From the NCBI GenBank assembly GCA_965223505.1, contig CBDCWP010000034.1, positions 64,001 to 128,000 of the forward strand: 64,000 bases of DNA, written 5' to 3'. A program made the position numbers and the translations under genes. Shown here piece after piece: positions 28,201 through 37,836 of the stretch. Within the stretch, counting starts at the first letter, position 1, and every line of letters begins with the position of its first letter. The notes below the pieces were generated by a model. The model saw nothing but the letters and a program-made list of their open reading frames with translations. It did no database searches and was not told where the DNA came from. Origin of the DNA: Planctomycetota bacterium (GTDB lineage: Bacteria; Planctomycetota; PLA2; JAEUHO01).

Positions 28201-31200
28201 CTCGCCCGACTCGGTGTCCCACAGCTGCCAAGGGTACGTTATCGAAACTTCGGGCCCCTGGCGGCGGCGTCGCGTGCATGCGACGACGCGCGATCCGTCG
28301 GGAGAGAATTGGGCGCACGAGTACGGATCGTCCTCGCTCTCGAATGCGTGGATCAGTTCCCAGGTACCGGTGTCCCAGACCACCACGCGCTTTCCTCCCG
28401 CGGTGAGCAAGCGACTGCCGTCGGCGTTGAATTGCAGGCTGGCCACCCAGCCGTCGCCATGGTCCAGGATCCGCTCGCATTCGGGGCTCTTGCCATCCCA
28501 GAGACCCACCCCCCTGCCTCGGCCCGCCATCGCGATCAGGTCCTTGCGCGGGTGGTGCGCGGCGGTTGTCGGTACCGCAGGCGCCTTGACGCGCGCCAGC
28601 TGTCCCTCCGACTCGAGACGCCAGATTCTTCCCGCGCCACCCGACGATGCGGTCGCCAGACGACGGCCACCGCGGTACAGAGCGAGCGCGCGAGGCGTCG
28701 AGTTACCGTGGTCGTGCGAGGCAATCGCGCGCCCCGAGCGCGCGTCCCAAACGCGGGCCGTTCCGTCGTCACCTACCGTCACCGCCCGCTCGCCTCCACG
28801 ATCGAACGCCGCCGCTCGGACCCACCCGCTGTGACCTCGAAGCTCGGCGACCTGTTCGCCGCGAAGCCTCCAGAGCGACGCGGCTCCGTCGCTCGTCCCG
28901 AGGATCGCGAGAGTGCCGTCCGACGAAACGGACGCACAGGTGATCTTTGCGCGCGTGGGTCCGAGTGTCGCCACTTGCTTTCCACTACCCGCGTCCCAGA
29001 CGTTGGCAGTGCGGCCATAGCAAGCTGTGACAATGAGATTCGATCCCGCGCGGTCCGCAAAGTCCGCGAGAAAGACCTGGCCATCATTAGCTGCGAGCTC
29101 GTGTTCCACCTCTCCGGATTCGGCGTTCCACACTCGCGCCGTGCGATCACCAGACCCGGTCGCCACACGACTTCCGTCCACACTGAACCTCACCGACAGA
29201 ATCTCCTCGTCATGCGCTCGTTCCCGGTTGCCGGTCCGAAGTCGTACGACGGCACGCCCCGACTCGGTGTCCCAGATCAGCGCACGACCGTCCGTGCCAC
29301 CCGTGAGCAATCGTGAGCCGTCGTCGCTGAAATCCAGCGCATTGATGCCACCACGGTGACCATCGTGGCCCCGAACGACAACACGGCCCGCTGCAGCGCC
29401 GAGCGGTACGGTCGCGATACGATCGCCGAGTGCCGCGTCCAACCGCCCCTCGGTGGTGAAAGCGGCGACCTGGCAGATTCCCAACGACTCGCCGAGTGTG
29501 CGCTCCACACCGCTCGGTCCGACGCGAATCACGTCGCCGGCGCGATCACAGACGACGGCGTGTGACCCGTCCGGAGACATCCAAGCACCCATGGGGCGCA
29601 CGCGCAGTGGATCGGACTTGTATGTGACTTTGAAGGAGTCCAAGTCCAGGATCAAGACCCGCCCCTTGCTCGTACAGACACACGCGTGCGTGCCGCGTTC
29701 GTTCACGACGAAATGGGTGCACAGCTCGTCATCCTCGTCCTCTATAGCTGTTTGCTCGATCGTCGCAACCGGTGTCCCCACGGTGTCGGTCGCGCTGTCC
29801 CATGTGCGCACGGCGCCGTCTTGTGTGGCGACCAAGATCCGCTCGGACGCAGGAGTGAAGGCGAGGCCGACGATGGTCGCGCTCGGCATGTCGTTCGTCG
29901 CGCGGTGCAGTTCGCCGGCACGCCAGACGTGCACGATGGTGAGTCCCGCTGTCGCGAATAGCGTTCCACGGTCGTTGTACGCGACGGCCGTCACATCGGT
30001 CGCGCCCGCCTGCCACGCACGCAACAGGCGCCCGGACGTGTCGTCCCAGATCCGGATCTCCCCTCGAATGCCGACGGTCGCGATCTCCGGCCGACTCGGA
30101 TTGAACCTTGCGAACCGCACCCCTTCGTCGTGCCCCTCCAGCGTGAGGAGCGTGCGCCCGGAAGTCGCGTCGAGCACCCGGACGCGCCGATCCTCGATGC
30201 TGCCGATGAGGATGCGCTCGCCGTCCGGTGATCGTGCGAGACATGTGATCGACTCGAGTCGCGCCGTCGTGGGCTCCATGCTCACCAAGAGCGCGCCCGA
30301 ATCGCAATCCCAGACTCGGGCAGTGCCATCCGCGCTCCCTGTCGCGAGGCGCTTCCCGTCGTTCGTAAGCGCGATTGCATTGACCGCATCCAAGTGCCCG
30401 TCGAAGGAGCGCTCGAGCCGGCCCGTCTCGGCGTTCCAGCGTTTCGCTGTTCCGTCCCTGCTGCCCGTGACGAGGAACGAGCCGTCCGGCGAAGCGAGCA
30501 GCCCCGTGATGTCTTCACTGTGTCCGGTGAGCCGCGCCTGTTCGGCGTCGGCGAGCGCCACTGCTCGCGGCAGGAGCACCGCGAGTGACGGAGCGCCGGC
30601 ATCTAGGCCGTGCGCTGCCGCAAGGTACGCGGCTGCCCTTTGGCCATCGCCGTCGAGCAACGCTCGTCGTCCCTGTTCCACAAGAAACGTAGTCAGTCCC
30701 GCTTGCGCGCGCTTGCGGTTCTCGTCCGCCTCCGCTGCGGACCGTTTCGCAGCGTCCGATCTCTCCTGTGCGATCCCCCGTTGACGCTCGGCGTCCTTAA
30801 GAGCCTGGTCCTTTTCGGATATCGTCTCTTTGAGGTCCTCGTTCAGTGCACCGATCTCTTCGGCCTTGCCCTTGGCCACGAAATAGAAGCCCGAAACAAC
30901 GGCGAGGACGACGCTCAGGACGACCATGCCAACACGGATGCGTCGATCCCTCCGTGCGCGGGACGCCGCGCGTTCGTCCGCGATTCGTCGCTCCGGCAGG
31001 GTGCGGAGGCGGGAGGCCACATCGCCCGCGCCGGCAAGGCGACGCTCGGGGTCGCGATCGACGCAGCGCGCAATGTCGGCTTGAAGCGTCTTGTCGGGGA
31101 CATCCCGGCGCCAACCGGCGCCGAGCGCCCTCCGGAAGTCGCCGATCGCCATCTGATAGAGAAGCACGCCCAGCGCGAAGATGTCGGACTTGATGCTCGC

Positions 31201-32460
31201 CCGCCCGCCTTCATGGAGCTCCGGCGCCAGGTACATGGCCGTGCCGAGCGTGGACGCGTCGGAGTCTCCGGCGAGCAGCTGTGTCTCCAGCGCGCGGTCG
31301 CGGTCGAGCTCGATGTGCTCTCGGTCGAGGAAGCTGAGGCCGAAGTCGGTCAGTCGGATCTCCGTACCGCCTTCCATCAAGACGTTCGAGGGTTTCACGT
31401 CCCGATGGATGATCCCGACGTCGTGCGCCTGCGCGAGGGCGTCCGCAATATTCGCGACGATCTCCATGCGTGTCGCTTCGTCGACGCCGGACACCGGATC
31501 GCTCTCGCGGGCCCAGTCCAAGAGTGTTCCGCCCGGCGAGAACGCCGTAGCCAGATAGTACGGCGCCTTGTCGAAGCGATAGTCGAGGATCGCCGCGATG
31601 GCTCGCTTCCCACGGAGCAGTTCGTTCATCCTGCGAAGCAGGTAGACCTCACGCTGAAAGCGAGTCAGGTGGTCGGCATCAAAGCAGAACTTGAACGCCC
31701 GTTCTTCCCCGGTCGTGTCTTCCCGTGCGAGCCAGACTTCGCCGAATCCGCCCTTGCCGAGGAAGCGATCCAGAACCCAGCGCTCTTCACCAGGCACTTG
31801 CTGCCCGGGCGACGGCCGCCATCCTTCGACCCCCCTCTTGGGTCCGCTGTCAACCGGCTTGATCTTCGCGTTGCCTTTGGGACGACTCGGCTCCGCGACG
31901 CTTCCGATCCCGGTGGGGACGATCTCGCAGATCTCGAGAAGCTCGTCCTCGAGACCCTTCGCCTGATAGGCGCCGTGGAGGTGCCAGCGCAACGTCTCGC
32001 CGACCTCTTCGCCGAGCAGCTCGCGTCGCACGTCGTCGCCGACCCTCGAAGTCAACAACAGTCGACTCTCATCCGCCAGCGCCATGACGCGGCTCGCCAG
32101 CTGCACCGCCCATCCCTCGTAGTCGACTCGCTTCGTCGCGTTCGGATCCGAGGACCGGGTCTCCATCACGGTACCGAGATCCATGCCGATCCTCACCGGT
32201 GGCAGGTCCGGCTCGCGTGCGTGTCGCTGAAGGAGTTCGAGGCCGAACAGCACGGCTCCCTTGGGCACGCCGAACACCAGGAAGAATCCGTCGCCGGCGA
32301 CGTCCACGATCTCGCCGCCATGGCGTCCCTGGAGCTCTTGAACGATGTCCTTGTGCCGTTGCGTGCGTCGGCGCGCCTCGGTCGCCCCGAGCGTGCGATG
32401 CAGGTCAACCCACCCGACCAGGTCGGTGAACACGCATGTCAGCACCCGCTCGTTGCTCAT
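25210..32460 (-). CDS. Class III nucleotide cyclase - Ser/Thr kinase - TM - coiled coil - multi-WD40 protein (~2416 aa)
   Basis: Cyclase: FTDLVG, AGDGF, RIGMDLG, LASRVM. Kinase: GKGGFGEVW, HRDVKPSN, DFG, YLAPE. TM VGMVVLSVVLAVVSGFYFVA. Dozens of GH...WD repeats. Confidence 0.92.
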   Translation of the reverse strand: MSNERVLTCVFTDLVGWVDLHRTLGATEARRRTQRHKDIVQELQGRHGGEIVDVAGDGFFLVFGVPKGAVLFGLELLQRHAREPDLPPVRIGMDLGTVMETRSSDPNATKRVDYEGWAVQLASRVMALADESRLLLTSRVGDDVRRELLGEEVGETLRWHLHGAYQAKGLEDELLEICEIVPTGIGSVAEPSRPKGNAKIKPVDSGPKRGVEGWRPSPGQQVPGEERWVLDRFLGKGGFGEVWLAREDTTGEERAFKFCFDADHLTRFQREVYLLRRMNELLRGKRAIAAILDYRFDKAPYYLATAFSPGGTLLDWARESDPVSGVDEATRMEIVANIADALAQAHDVGIIHRDVKPSNVLMEGGTEIRLTDFGLSFLDREHIELDRDRALETQLLAGDSDASTLGTAMYLAPELHEGGRASIKSDIFALGVLLYQMAIGDFRRALGAGWRRDVPDKTLQADIARCVDRDPERRLAGAGDVASRLRTLPERRIADERAASRARRDRRIRVGMVVLSVVLAVVSGFYFVAKGKAEEIGALNEDLKETISEKDQALKDAERQRGIAQERSDAAKRSAAEADENRKRAQAGLTTFLVEQGRRALLDGDGQRAAAYLAAAHGLDAGAPSLAVLLPRAVALADAEQARLTGHSEDITGLLASPDGSFLVTGSRDGTAKRWNAETGRLERSFDGHLDAVNAIALTNDGKRLATGSADGTARVWDCDSGALLVSMEPTTARLESITCLARSPDGERILIGSIEDRRVRVLDATSGRTLLTLEGHDEGVRFARFNPSRPEIATVGIRGEIRIWDDTSGRLLRAWQAGATDVTAVAYNDRGTLFATAGLTIVHVWRAGELHRATNDMPSATIVGLAFTPASERILVATQDGAVRTWDSATDTVGTPVATIEQTAIEDEDDELCTHFVVNERGTHACVCTSKGRVLILDLDSFKVTYKSDPLRVRPMGAWMSPDGSHAVVCDRAGDVIRVGPSGVERTLGESLGICQVAAFTTEGRLDAALGDRIATVPLGAAAGRVVVRGHDGHRGGINALDFSDDGSRLLTGGTDGRALIWDTESGRAVVRLRTGNRERAHDEEILSVRFSVDGSRVATGSGDRTARVWNAESGEVEHELAANDGQVFLADFADRAGSNLIVTACYGRTANVWDAGSGKQVATLGPTRAKITCASVSSDGTLAILGTSDGAASLWRLRGEQVAELRGHSGWVRAAAFDRGGERAVTVGDDGTARVWDARSGRAIASHDHGNSTPRALALYRGGRRLATASSGGAGRIWRLESEGQLARVKAPAVPTTAAHHPRKDLIAMAGRGRGVGLWDGKSPECERILDHGDGWVASLQFNADGSRLLTAGGKRVVVWDTGTWELIHAFESEDDPYSCAQFSPDGSRVVACTRRRRQGPEVSITYPWQLWDTESGEELARSEGPSEPAAHVAINSDLSRILTCGDAGNLWYADDGKHRGDFGKASCGCFSPDGNQVATAGSDGSLSLWHSWFSQRTRWNRSAHSGTIRCVAFSTSGSRLVSGGADGIANVWSGATLEPIAQAEGHDGDVLALTFSPDDRLIATAGRDATARIWDATSGQPLAVFEHGGAVVSLCFCGASDELRLLTASEDGFVRAWRVARRLDSTQISDRVLKAVPWGTGRGKSRAPDPNLAQAIAMLEAVDPGPLWVERGRRALVSRNDDARALTCLAEALRLEQFDGAIPFLLAECGHNWSSGRLLLDGHAARTNSVHWSPDAKRIVTLGFDGHAKIWDTRKGDLLHDLEAPGRILYLGEISKDGRRLAVGGSGSEVCIWDLAHPTKPAVINCGHSSAGFFRFSPDSRQLVTRGPANSVMVWDAATGSALHTLEGLRGLARSAAFSADGTSVAGGTNDQLVVWNLETGEQAPLEHEGRPEWLEFDPRGRWLASGGADKTARVYDPRTGVQVARLDGHGGPVDIVLFSPDGTRLLTATLTDPDATVRVWATESWTLTHSLPHIWSPLNNVDMSADGKLVTTSGDGDTAVWELATGRLVADFLNSKGQDPWTWAELSPDATRLAVGSGSGSTRVYRLDGAAARTRVISTKERLIHAASDDSDETVMTLDARGGIDVWSTIDGRRRSSVTLAIGEAALVDGAIGPERTRVVTVDSSGTPALWRAADGTNIGSLDWSGGAPDDAVFNGDGTVVALGRGFELPRLYDTDDGAPISLHTDLTTCRTWAWGDVNHLLTGHRDGTIRTWNARNGEVVNSAQVGTGAEPVGCIAVRARDGLVAAATGRTTHLVRQGGTDATTLYGPRDDVIDLAFDGARLVLCCRDGSAWMADVTEGTIKRLDGATGIRRILPGRGPSSSIVVTVNSWRSAEFWHKETGRQLGRAAFDAGGDMIALSSGGRYLLGGRGRPVLVLRDLSAHDAPPTLTDQVERLSPHRVRDGVLWTRPRR

Positions 32461-32771
32461 TCTCGATTTCCCGTGCACGGACGCGGGGCCGAATCAGTGT
32501 GCATCGAATGTATCAACGCCCGGCCCGTGCTTGCAACCGCACGGATCCTCGCGGCTGTCGAGCGAGCCCGACCACGGCTGCTGAACCGCGGATCGAAGCG
32601 CGTCGTACTTGCGTCCCCCGCGGTCGTTCGCCGCGATGGATCGCATGACCGACGACGACCTCGTCTACGAGCGGCCCCGCGACTGACGACGCACCTCGGG
32701 CCCGGCGCACGCGCTGCAGCATTCGTTGCAAATTGGTTGCGGGGCGCCCAATCAGACGCTGCTCACGCGTT

Positions 32772-32848
32772 GGGCAGCCACAAGGGCTGCCCCTACAGGT
32801 TGCGCGGTCGGGCGCGTCGCGTTGGGCAGCCACAAGGGCTGCCCCTAC
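32772..32848. repeat. Two tandem REP copies of the same family as at 2.7-3.0 kb
   Basis: GGGCAGCCACAAGGGCTGCCCCTAC at 32772-32796 and 32824-32848, identical to 2826-2850. Confidence 0.88.
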
Positions 32849-32986
32849 AGGCACGCCCTTTGCGCCTAGGCACCCGTAACGGGTCGAAACCCCGCTATTT
32901 GTCCTCGCCCGAGGACAGAGGCCGCGCGGGGGATGTCCTCACCCGAGGACGACGGCCGCACTCGGTTCGTCCGGAAAGGAGAGGCC

Positions 32987-33868
32987 ATGAAACGGGTCCT
33001 CTCAACCCTGTTTGCCACGCTCCTGATCCTCGGCGGATTCAACACGCTCGCCGCCTTCGCGAAACAAGCCGCGCCCGAAGAGCTGGTCGAGGCACACGAG
33101 GATCTCGCGCAGCTCAAACGCATGCTCGGCACCAAGAAGTCCAAGTCGCACGAGCTCGTCGCGTACGTCACCGTCGTTCGCACCGCCCACGAGAACGCCG
33201 AAGGGCCGGAACGTGACGTCGCGTCCTTTCGGCGCGCCGCCGAAGCGCAGCTGGTTCGCGCGCTCACCAAAGCGCGTGTACGGAACGATCGTAATCAGCT
33301 GACCGATGTCAACATCGCCGCCGCGAAGGCGCTCACGAAGCTCGCGCCGACACTGGACGACAAGGTGCGTGCCGGCCTGGCCAAGAAGGTGCGCCGCGCC
33401 GTCGAGGGCCTTCACGACGCGCGCTACGAGGTCGATCCCGAGCGCATCGAAGTGACCTTCGTCGCCGCTGCTCGTCTGGGGGACGTGCGCACACTGGCCT
33501 GGTTGCTCGATGAGTACAGCCACACCAAGAACAACGAGGCGGCGTTCCTCGTCGCCGCCCATCAGGCGATGGTGCTCTTTCCGGCCGAGCAGGTCCCCGG
33601 CACCCAGCGGCATGCCATCGTGAAGAAGTTCAAGGAGCGCTACAGCGGCGTCGAGTCGCTCGCCAAGCAGAACACCAATACGCCCGCGGCGCGCGCGGCG
33701 AAGCGGCTGTGGGATCGCATCCGCACCCACGTCGTCAAGGTGCTGCAGCACTTCTCCGGTACGCCCACGAACGAGAGTGGCGTAGCGCTCTCGACCGTCG
33801 ATGAGTTCGAGCGGTGGTTCCGCGAGCACAAGAGCGCGCGCAAGGCGCCCTGGGTGGACGACGAGTAG
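32987..33868 (+). CDS. Secreted hypothetical helical protein
   Basis: AAGGAGAGG RBS; signal peptide MKRVLSTLFATLLIL...; HEAT-like helices. Confidence 0.75.
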   Translation: MKRVLSTLFATLLILGGFNTLAAFAKQAAPEELVEAHEDLAQLKRMLGTKKSKSHELVAYVTVVRTAHENAEGPERDVASFRRAAEAQLVRALTKARVRNDRNQLTDVNIAAAKALTKLAPTLDDKVRAGLAKKVRRAVEGLHDARYEVDPERIEVTFVAAARLGDVRTLAWLLDEYSHTKNNEAAFLVAAHQAMVLFPAEQVPGTQRHAIVKKFKERYSGVESLAKQNTNTPAARAAKRLWDRIRTHVVKVLQHFSGTPTNESGVALSTVDEFERWFREHKSARKAPWVDDE

Positions 33869-33929
33869 CGCCGCGCGACTCGAACACCCCCTGAGTCGCT
33901 TGCCGCCGTAGGACGGTCTGTTTCCTCGT

Positions 33930-36206
33930 TCAGTCCGCGTCTTCGATGGCGTCGAGTGCTTCCTGCACCCAACGCCGCGCGGTGGACTCCTCTTTGGGTT
34001 GCGCCGCGCGAATCTGCTTCTCGTACGGCTTCAGCGACGAGGCATGCCGCCTCAGCTCCCACGCCGCGTTCTGTGCGACATCGTTCTCGGGGTGCGCCAA
34101 CAGCTCGATCCAGGTCTCGATGATCTTCTGTGCGACCTCCGCATCGCCGCGCGTCTGCTTCGAAACGGCGAGGCGAACCAAGGGCTCCGGGTCGTCGAAG
34201 CGCTCGAGTGCCCAGGGACGCCACACCGGATCGGGCTCCTTCGCAAACGCCCGCGCCGACGCGGGACCGACGACCTGCACGCGGCCCGAGACGGCGACCG
34301 TGCTCCAGGACGCGTCGAGCACGCCCCGGCCGCGCTCGCCGGCCGCCACGACCGCATGGGCGACCGCCTCCTGCACCTCGTCGTTCTCGTCGGACAACAG
34401 GTAGACACACCGGTCCGGAACGAACGCACCGACGGCCTTGACGGCGTCGACGTAGGCCGCGAACCCCGTCCACTCCTTGCTCCAGTTCGCGCCCTCGGCG
34501 TACAGCAGCGCCTTGTGCTTGCGCAGCCCCTCGACGAGCGTCGGGAAGGTCGGCGCTGCCGCCGCGCCCGCGCGCGCGATGCCCTTCGCGGCCTCGATGC
34601 GAACCTCGGTGCTCTCGTTGCGCAACGCCTCGATCAGAATGCCGAGCGCCTGCGGGTTGTCGTGGGCGACGAGCAGCCCCGCCGCGCGAACCGCCGCGAT
34701 GCCCTCGAGATCGCCCAGCGCCGACGACAAAGAGGAAAGCGCGCGCGGATCGACGTCCATGTTCTCGAGCGCATGCACGGCTGCGCGCTGTAGCTTCGCG
34801 TCCTTGTCGCTCGCGACCTCGACGAGATGGGCGACTGCCCGGTCGCCGAACGCGACGAGGGCCTTGAGGTTGCGGCTCTCGCCGTAGGAACGCCACTCGG
34901 AGTCGAGCTCGTCCGCGAGCTCCGCCAGCACGATCGGCGTCGCTTCCGCCGCGGCCGGGCCGAGCACCGTCAGCGCGTCGATCGTCGACCACTTCTCCGA
35001 CCAGTCCTTCGAGCGCGCCATCTTCAGCAGCTGCGGCAGCGCTTCGGCCGCCGCCTCCGGAAAGTCGCTCAGCCCCTTTGCGGCCACCTGACGCACCTTC
35101 ACGTGCGGATCGGAGAGCGCGCGCAGGATGTCTCCTGCGACGTCGGGCCCGTACGCGTTCAGAAGGCCCACGGCGCCGGCGCGCATCGACGCCGAGGGGT
35201 GGTCCAGAAGTTCCCGCAGCAGCGCGAGGGTCTCGGGCTTGCCCTTTTCGATGCGCGCGATCGCCGTGAGCGCACTGAGCCTCACCCCGCCGTCGTCGTC
35301 GTTCAGCAGCTCGCGCAGCGTGCCGAGTGCTTCGGGGCCCATCTCCGCGATCGCGCTCTCGAGCTCGTAGCTCCCGTAGTTCTCCTCTTCCCGCAGCGCG
35401 GCGAGGATCGGCGGGAGCGCGCCCGGCCCGAGCTTGCTCAGCGCGTCCTGGATCTCGAACTCGTAGTGGTGCCAGCTCACGGAGATCATCGGGTTCGCCT
35501 CCCGGAACCTCTCGCGGCCCTTCTCGACCTCCTGGATCCATTCGATCAGCGCCGGCGCCAGGTCGACGGCCGCGGGGCCCAGCACCTCGACGATCGGAAG
35601 CAAGGCCAGCCGCACGTCCAGCTCCGCATCGACGTTCGCGACCAACGCCTTCACACGCGCCAGGAACGGGGAGAACGTCTCCTTCGCGTCGTCCGGCAGC
35701 TCCTCCTCGCGGATCGACAGGAAGCCCGACGCGCTCTTGCCGCTGATGCGGCGCAACATCGAGCAGACGAAGTCGTGCTCCTGCGTGGGATCCGCCTCGA
35801 TGAGCGCGAACAGACGCGGCAAGAGGGCGCGGGCTTCGTAGCCCTTCTCGAGCAGCTTCTTTTGCGCCAGCTGCCGCACCCGGCCCGGGTCGTCGGCGCG
35901 AAGCGCCAGCTCGAGCATCTCCTCCAGCGTGAGCTCCCCGGCCTTGATGCGCTCGCGAAGCTTCGCGACGGCGTCGTCCACCTGCGCGGCATCGTCGGTG
36001 TCGAGCGCCGCGATCAACGGCGCAGCCGGCTCGAGCGGCGGCGCGGCGTCACGGCCTTGTCCGGCGAGCCCGGCCGTCGACTCGCTTTCGTCGTCGTCGT
36101 GCTCGTCCGACGCAGCGTCGTCGGCCGGCTTCGGCGTGCCGGCGAACACGAGCCAGCCGCCGACCCCGACGACGGCGATCAAAGCTGCGATTGCGACCCA
36201 GCGCAT
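33930..36206 (-). CDS. Membrane-anchored HEAT-repeat protein
   Basis: N-terminal TM; many LGPAA.../VR..A...L repeats. Confidence 0.85.
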   Translation of the reverse strand: MRWVAIAALIAVVGVGGWLVFAGTPKPADDAASDEHDDDESESTAGLAGQGRDAAPPLEPAAPLIAALDTDDAAQVDDAVAKLRERIKAGELTLEEMLELALRADDPGRVRQLAQKKLLEKGYEARALLPRLFALIEADPTQEHDFVCSMLRRISGKSASGFLSIREEELPDDAKETFSPFLARVKALVANVDAELDVRLALLPIVEVLGPAAVDLAPALIEWIQEVEKGRERFREANPMISVSWHHYEFEIQDALSKLGPGALPPILAALREEENYGSYELESAIAEMGPEALGTLRELLNDDDGGVRLSALTAIARIEKGKPETLALLRELLDHPSASMRAGAVGLLNAYGPDVAGDILRALSDPHVKVRQVAAKGLSDFPEAAAEALPQLLKMARSKDWSEKWSTIDALTVLGPAAAEATPIVLAELADELDSEWRSYGESRNLKALVAFGDRAVAHLVEVASDKDAKLQRAAVHALENMDVDPRALSSLSSALGDLEGIAAVRAAGLLVAHDNPQALGILIEALRNESTEVRIEAAKGIARAGAAAAPTFPTLVEGLRKHKALLYAEGANWSKEWTGFAAYVDAVKAVGAFVPDRCVYLLSDENDEVQEAVAHAVVAAGERGRGVLDASWSTVAVSGRVQVVGPASARAFAKEPDPVWRPWALERFDDPEPLVRLAVSKQTRGDAEVAQKIIETWIELLAHPENDVAQNAAWELRRHASSLKPYEKQIRAAQPKEESTARRWVQEALDAIEDAD

Positions 36207-36258
36207 CGGCGTCTCCCTCACTGCCACGATACGAAGCCGCGAGGGGGACGGTTCACGA

Positions 36259-37788
36259 CTACTTGCACGGCGACGGCCGCGGTCCCGCCGATCGCGCACT
36301 GCCGACGCCGTAGATCGTGTGACCACGGTCCTCGACGTTCTTGGCCGCCGTCCAGATGCGGTCCCGCAGCCGCTCGACCGCCGCGCAGAACGCGTCGTCG
36401 AGCTTCGCGCCGTCGATGCGGCCCTCGACCGCGAGGTCTTTCTGCTCGCCGGGGTCGGCCTTCAGGTCGTACAGCTCTTCGCGGATCGCGCCGTCCAGCA
36501 GGTCGTACGTGATGATGTACTTCCACGCGTCGGAGCGGGCGCTCGCGATCAGCGCCCGATTGGGTTCCTGCGTGTTGAACTCGTTGAGCTCCTCCTCGGA
36601 CAGCACGACCCTGCCCGTGCCCGTGCCGCGAACGAGCGGCAGGAACGAGCGTCCGTCCACGTCGGGGATCGGCGCGAGCCCCGCCCAGTCGAAGAATGTC
36701 GGCAGCACGTCGATCAGCCCGATGCCGCCCGCGATCGCGCGCCCCGCGTCGAACGGCGCCGGCCCGCTCGCGACCAGCGGAATCCGGATGAGCTCGTCGT
36801 ACATCTGACGGCCGTGCACCAGCATGCCGTGCTCGCCGAACGCCTCGCCGTGGTCCGACGTCACGACGAGCAGCGTGTTTTCGAGCAGGCCCTGCGACTC
36901 CATGTGCCCGATCGACTTCGCCAGCAAGCCGTCCACCCAGCGCACGCCGTCGTAGTAGGCGTCGCGAAGGTCGTCGGCCAGGTCGGGCCGCGGCGCCGCG
37001 GGGTAGCCCGACCACGTGTAGCGCAGCACGTCCTGGGTCACCCGGCGGCCGTACTTGTCGACGAGCGCGTTGCGCCGCTCGCGGTCCAGCATGTAGATGC
37101 GCGTCAGCTCCCACGGCCGCGGATACGACTCCGGCTTGGGCTGCGGCGTCTTGACCGACCACGGCGGCACGGACGGGTGGTTGGCCTCTCCGTACGGGTC
37201 GTGCGCCTCGAACGTGTGAACGAACAGGAAGAACGGCTTGGCGGCGTCGCGCGTGTCGAGCCAGCGATCGAGCCCTTGCTGCAGGCGGGCCAGGCCCAGG
37301 CCTTGCTTGCCGTCACCGAAGCCCTGCAGCATCGATCCGCTCTCGTTGAACCACGGACCGTCGACGAACCCGGCGCACTCGTACCCGTACGTCCTGGTCA
37401 GCACCTCCGCGTACGTGGTGAGCGTGTCGGACAGCTGTGGCTGGAAGACGTCGTCGCAGCGGTGGCGGTGGGGGAGCCGGCCCGTGAGCAGGCTCGCGAT
37501 CGAAGGCACGGTCCACGGCGCGGGCGCGGCGGCGTCGTCGAAGCGCAGGCCTTTCTCTTCGAGAGCCCGCAAGAACGGCATGTTGGCCTCGTCGCCGAGC
37601 TGCCGCTCGAGCGCGTCCGCGCGCAAGGTGTCGATCAGCACGACGATGAGGTTCGGCCGCTCGGCCGGCACCCGGATCACGCCGACGGCTCGTCCGTCGA
37701 CGTCGTAGGTGACCGGCGCCGGCGCAGGCTCGTCACCGCACGCGACGAGGAGCGCCGAGCAGAGGACGAGGACCGTGGCGATGCGCAT
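36259..37788 (-). CDS. Sulfatase-like lipoprotein (alkaline phosphatase superfamily)
   Basis: Lipobox LVAC; PNLIVVLIDTLRAD, PWTVPSIASLLTG (no CxPxR), TSDHGE, ELYDLKADPGE. Confidence 0.88.
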   Translation of the reverse strand: MRIATVLVLCSALLVACGDEPAPAPVTYDVDGRAVGVIRVPAERPNLIVVLIDTLRADALERQLGDEANMPFLRALEEKGLRFDDAAAPAPWTVPSIASLLTGRLPHRHRCDDVFQPQLSDTLTTYAEVLTRTYGYECAGFVDGPWFNESGSMLQGFGDGKQGLGLARLQQGLDRWLDTRDAAKPFFLFVHTFEAHDPYGEANHPSVPPWSVKTPQPKPESYPRPWELTRIYMLDRERRNALVDKYGRRVTQDVLRYTWSGYPAAPRPDLADDLRDAYYDGVRWVDGLLAKSIGHMESQGLLENTLLVVTSDHGEAFGEHGMLVHGRQMYDELIRIPLVASGPAPFDAGRAIAGGIGLIDVLPTFFDWAGLAPIPDVDGRSFLPLVRGTGTGRVVLSEEELNEFNTQEPNRALIASARSDAWKYIITYDLLDGAIREELYDLKADPGEQKDLAVEGRIDGAKLDDAFCAAVERLRDRIWTAAKNVEDRGHTIYGVGSARSAGPRPSPCK

Positions 37789-37836
37789 GCGGCTCGAAGT
37801 CTACGCTGCCACGACGTGGTGGCGAGGTCGTCGGTG

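Noticed and set aside
22398..32460. Pycsar or CBASS anti-phage system
   Set aside because: The cNMP protein has no TIR or TM effector domain, the cyclase is fused to a kinase/WD40 receptor, and the two genes are convergent rather than in an operon.
19680..32900. Classical tRNA-integrated genomic island with attL/attR
   Set aside because: No duplicated tRNA 3' end was found (only a chance 8-mer CTCCCACC near 21894), and there is no integrase in the window.
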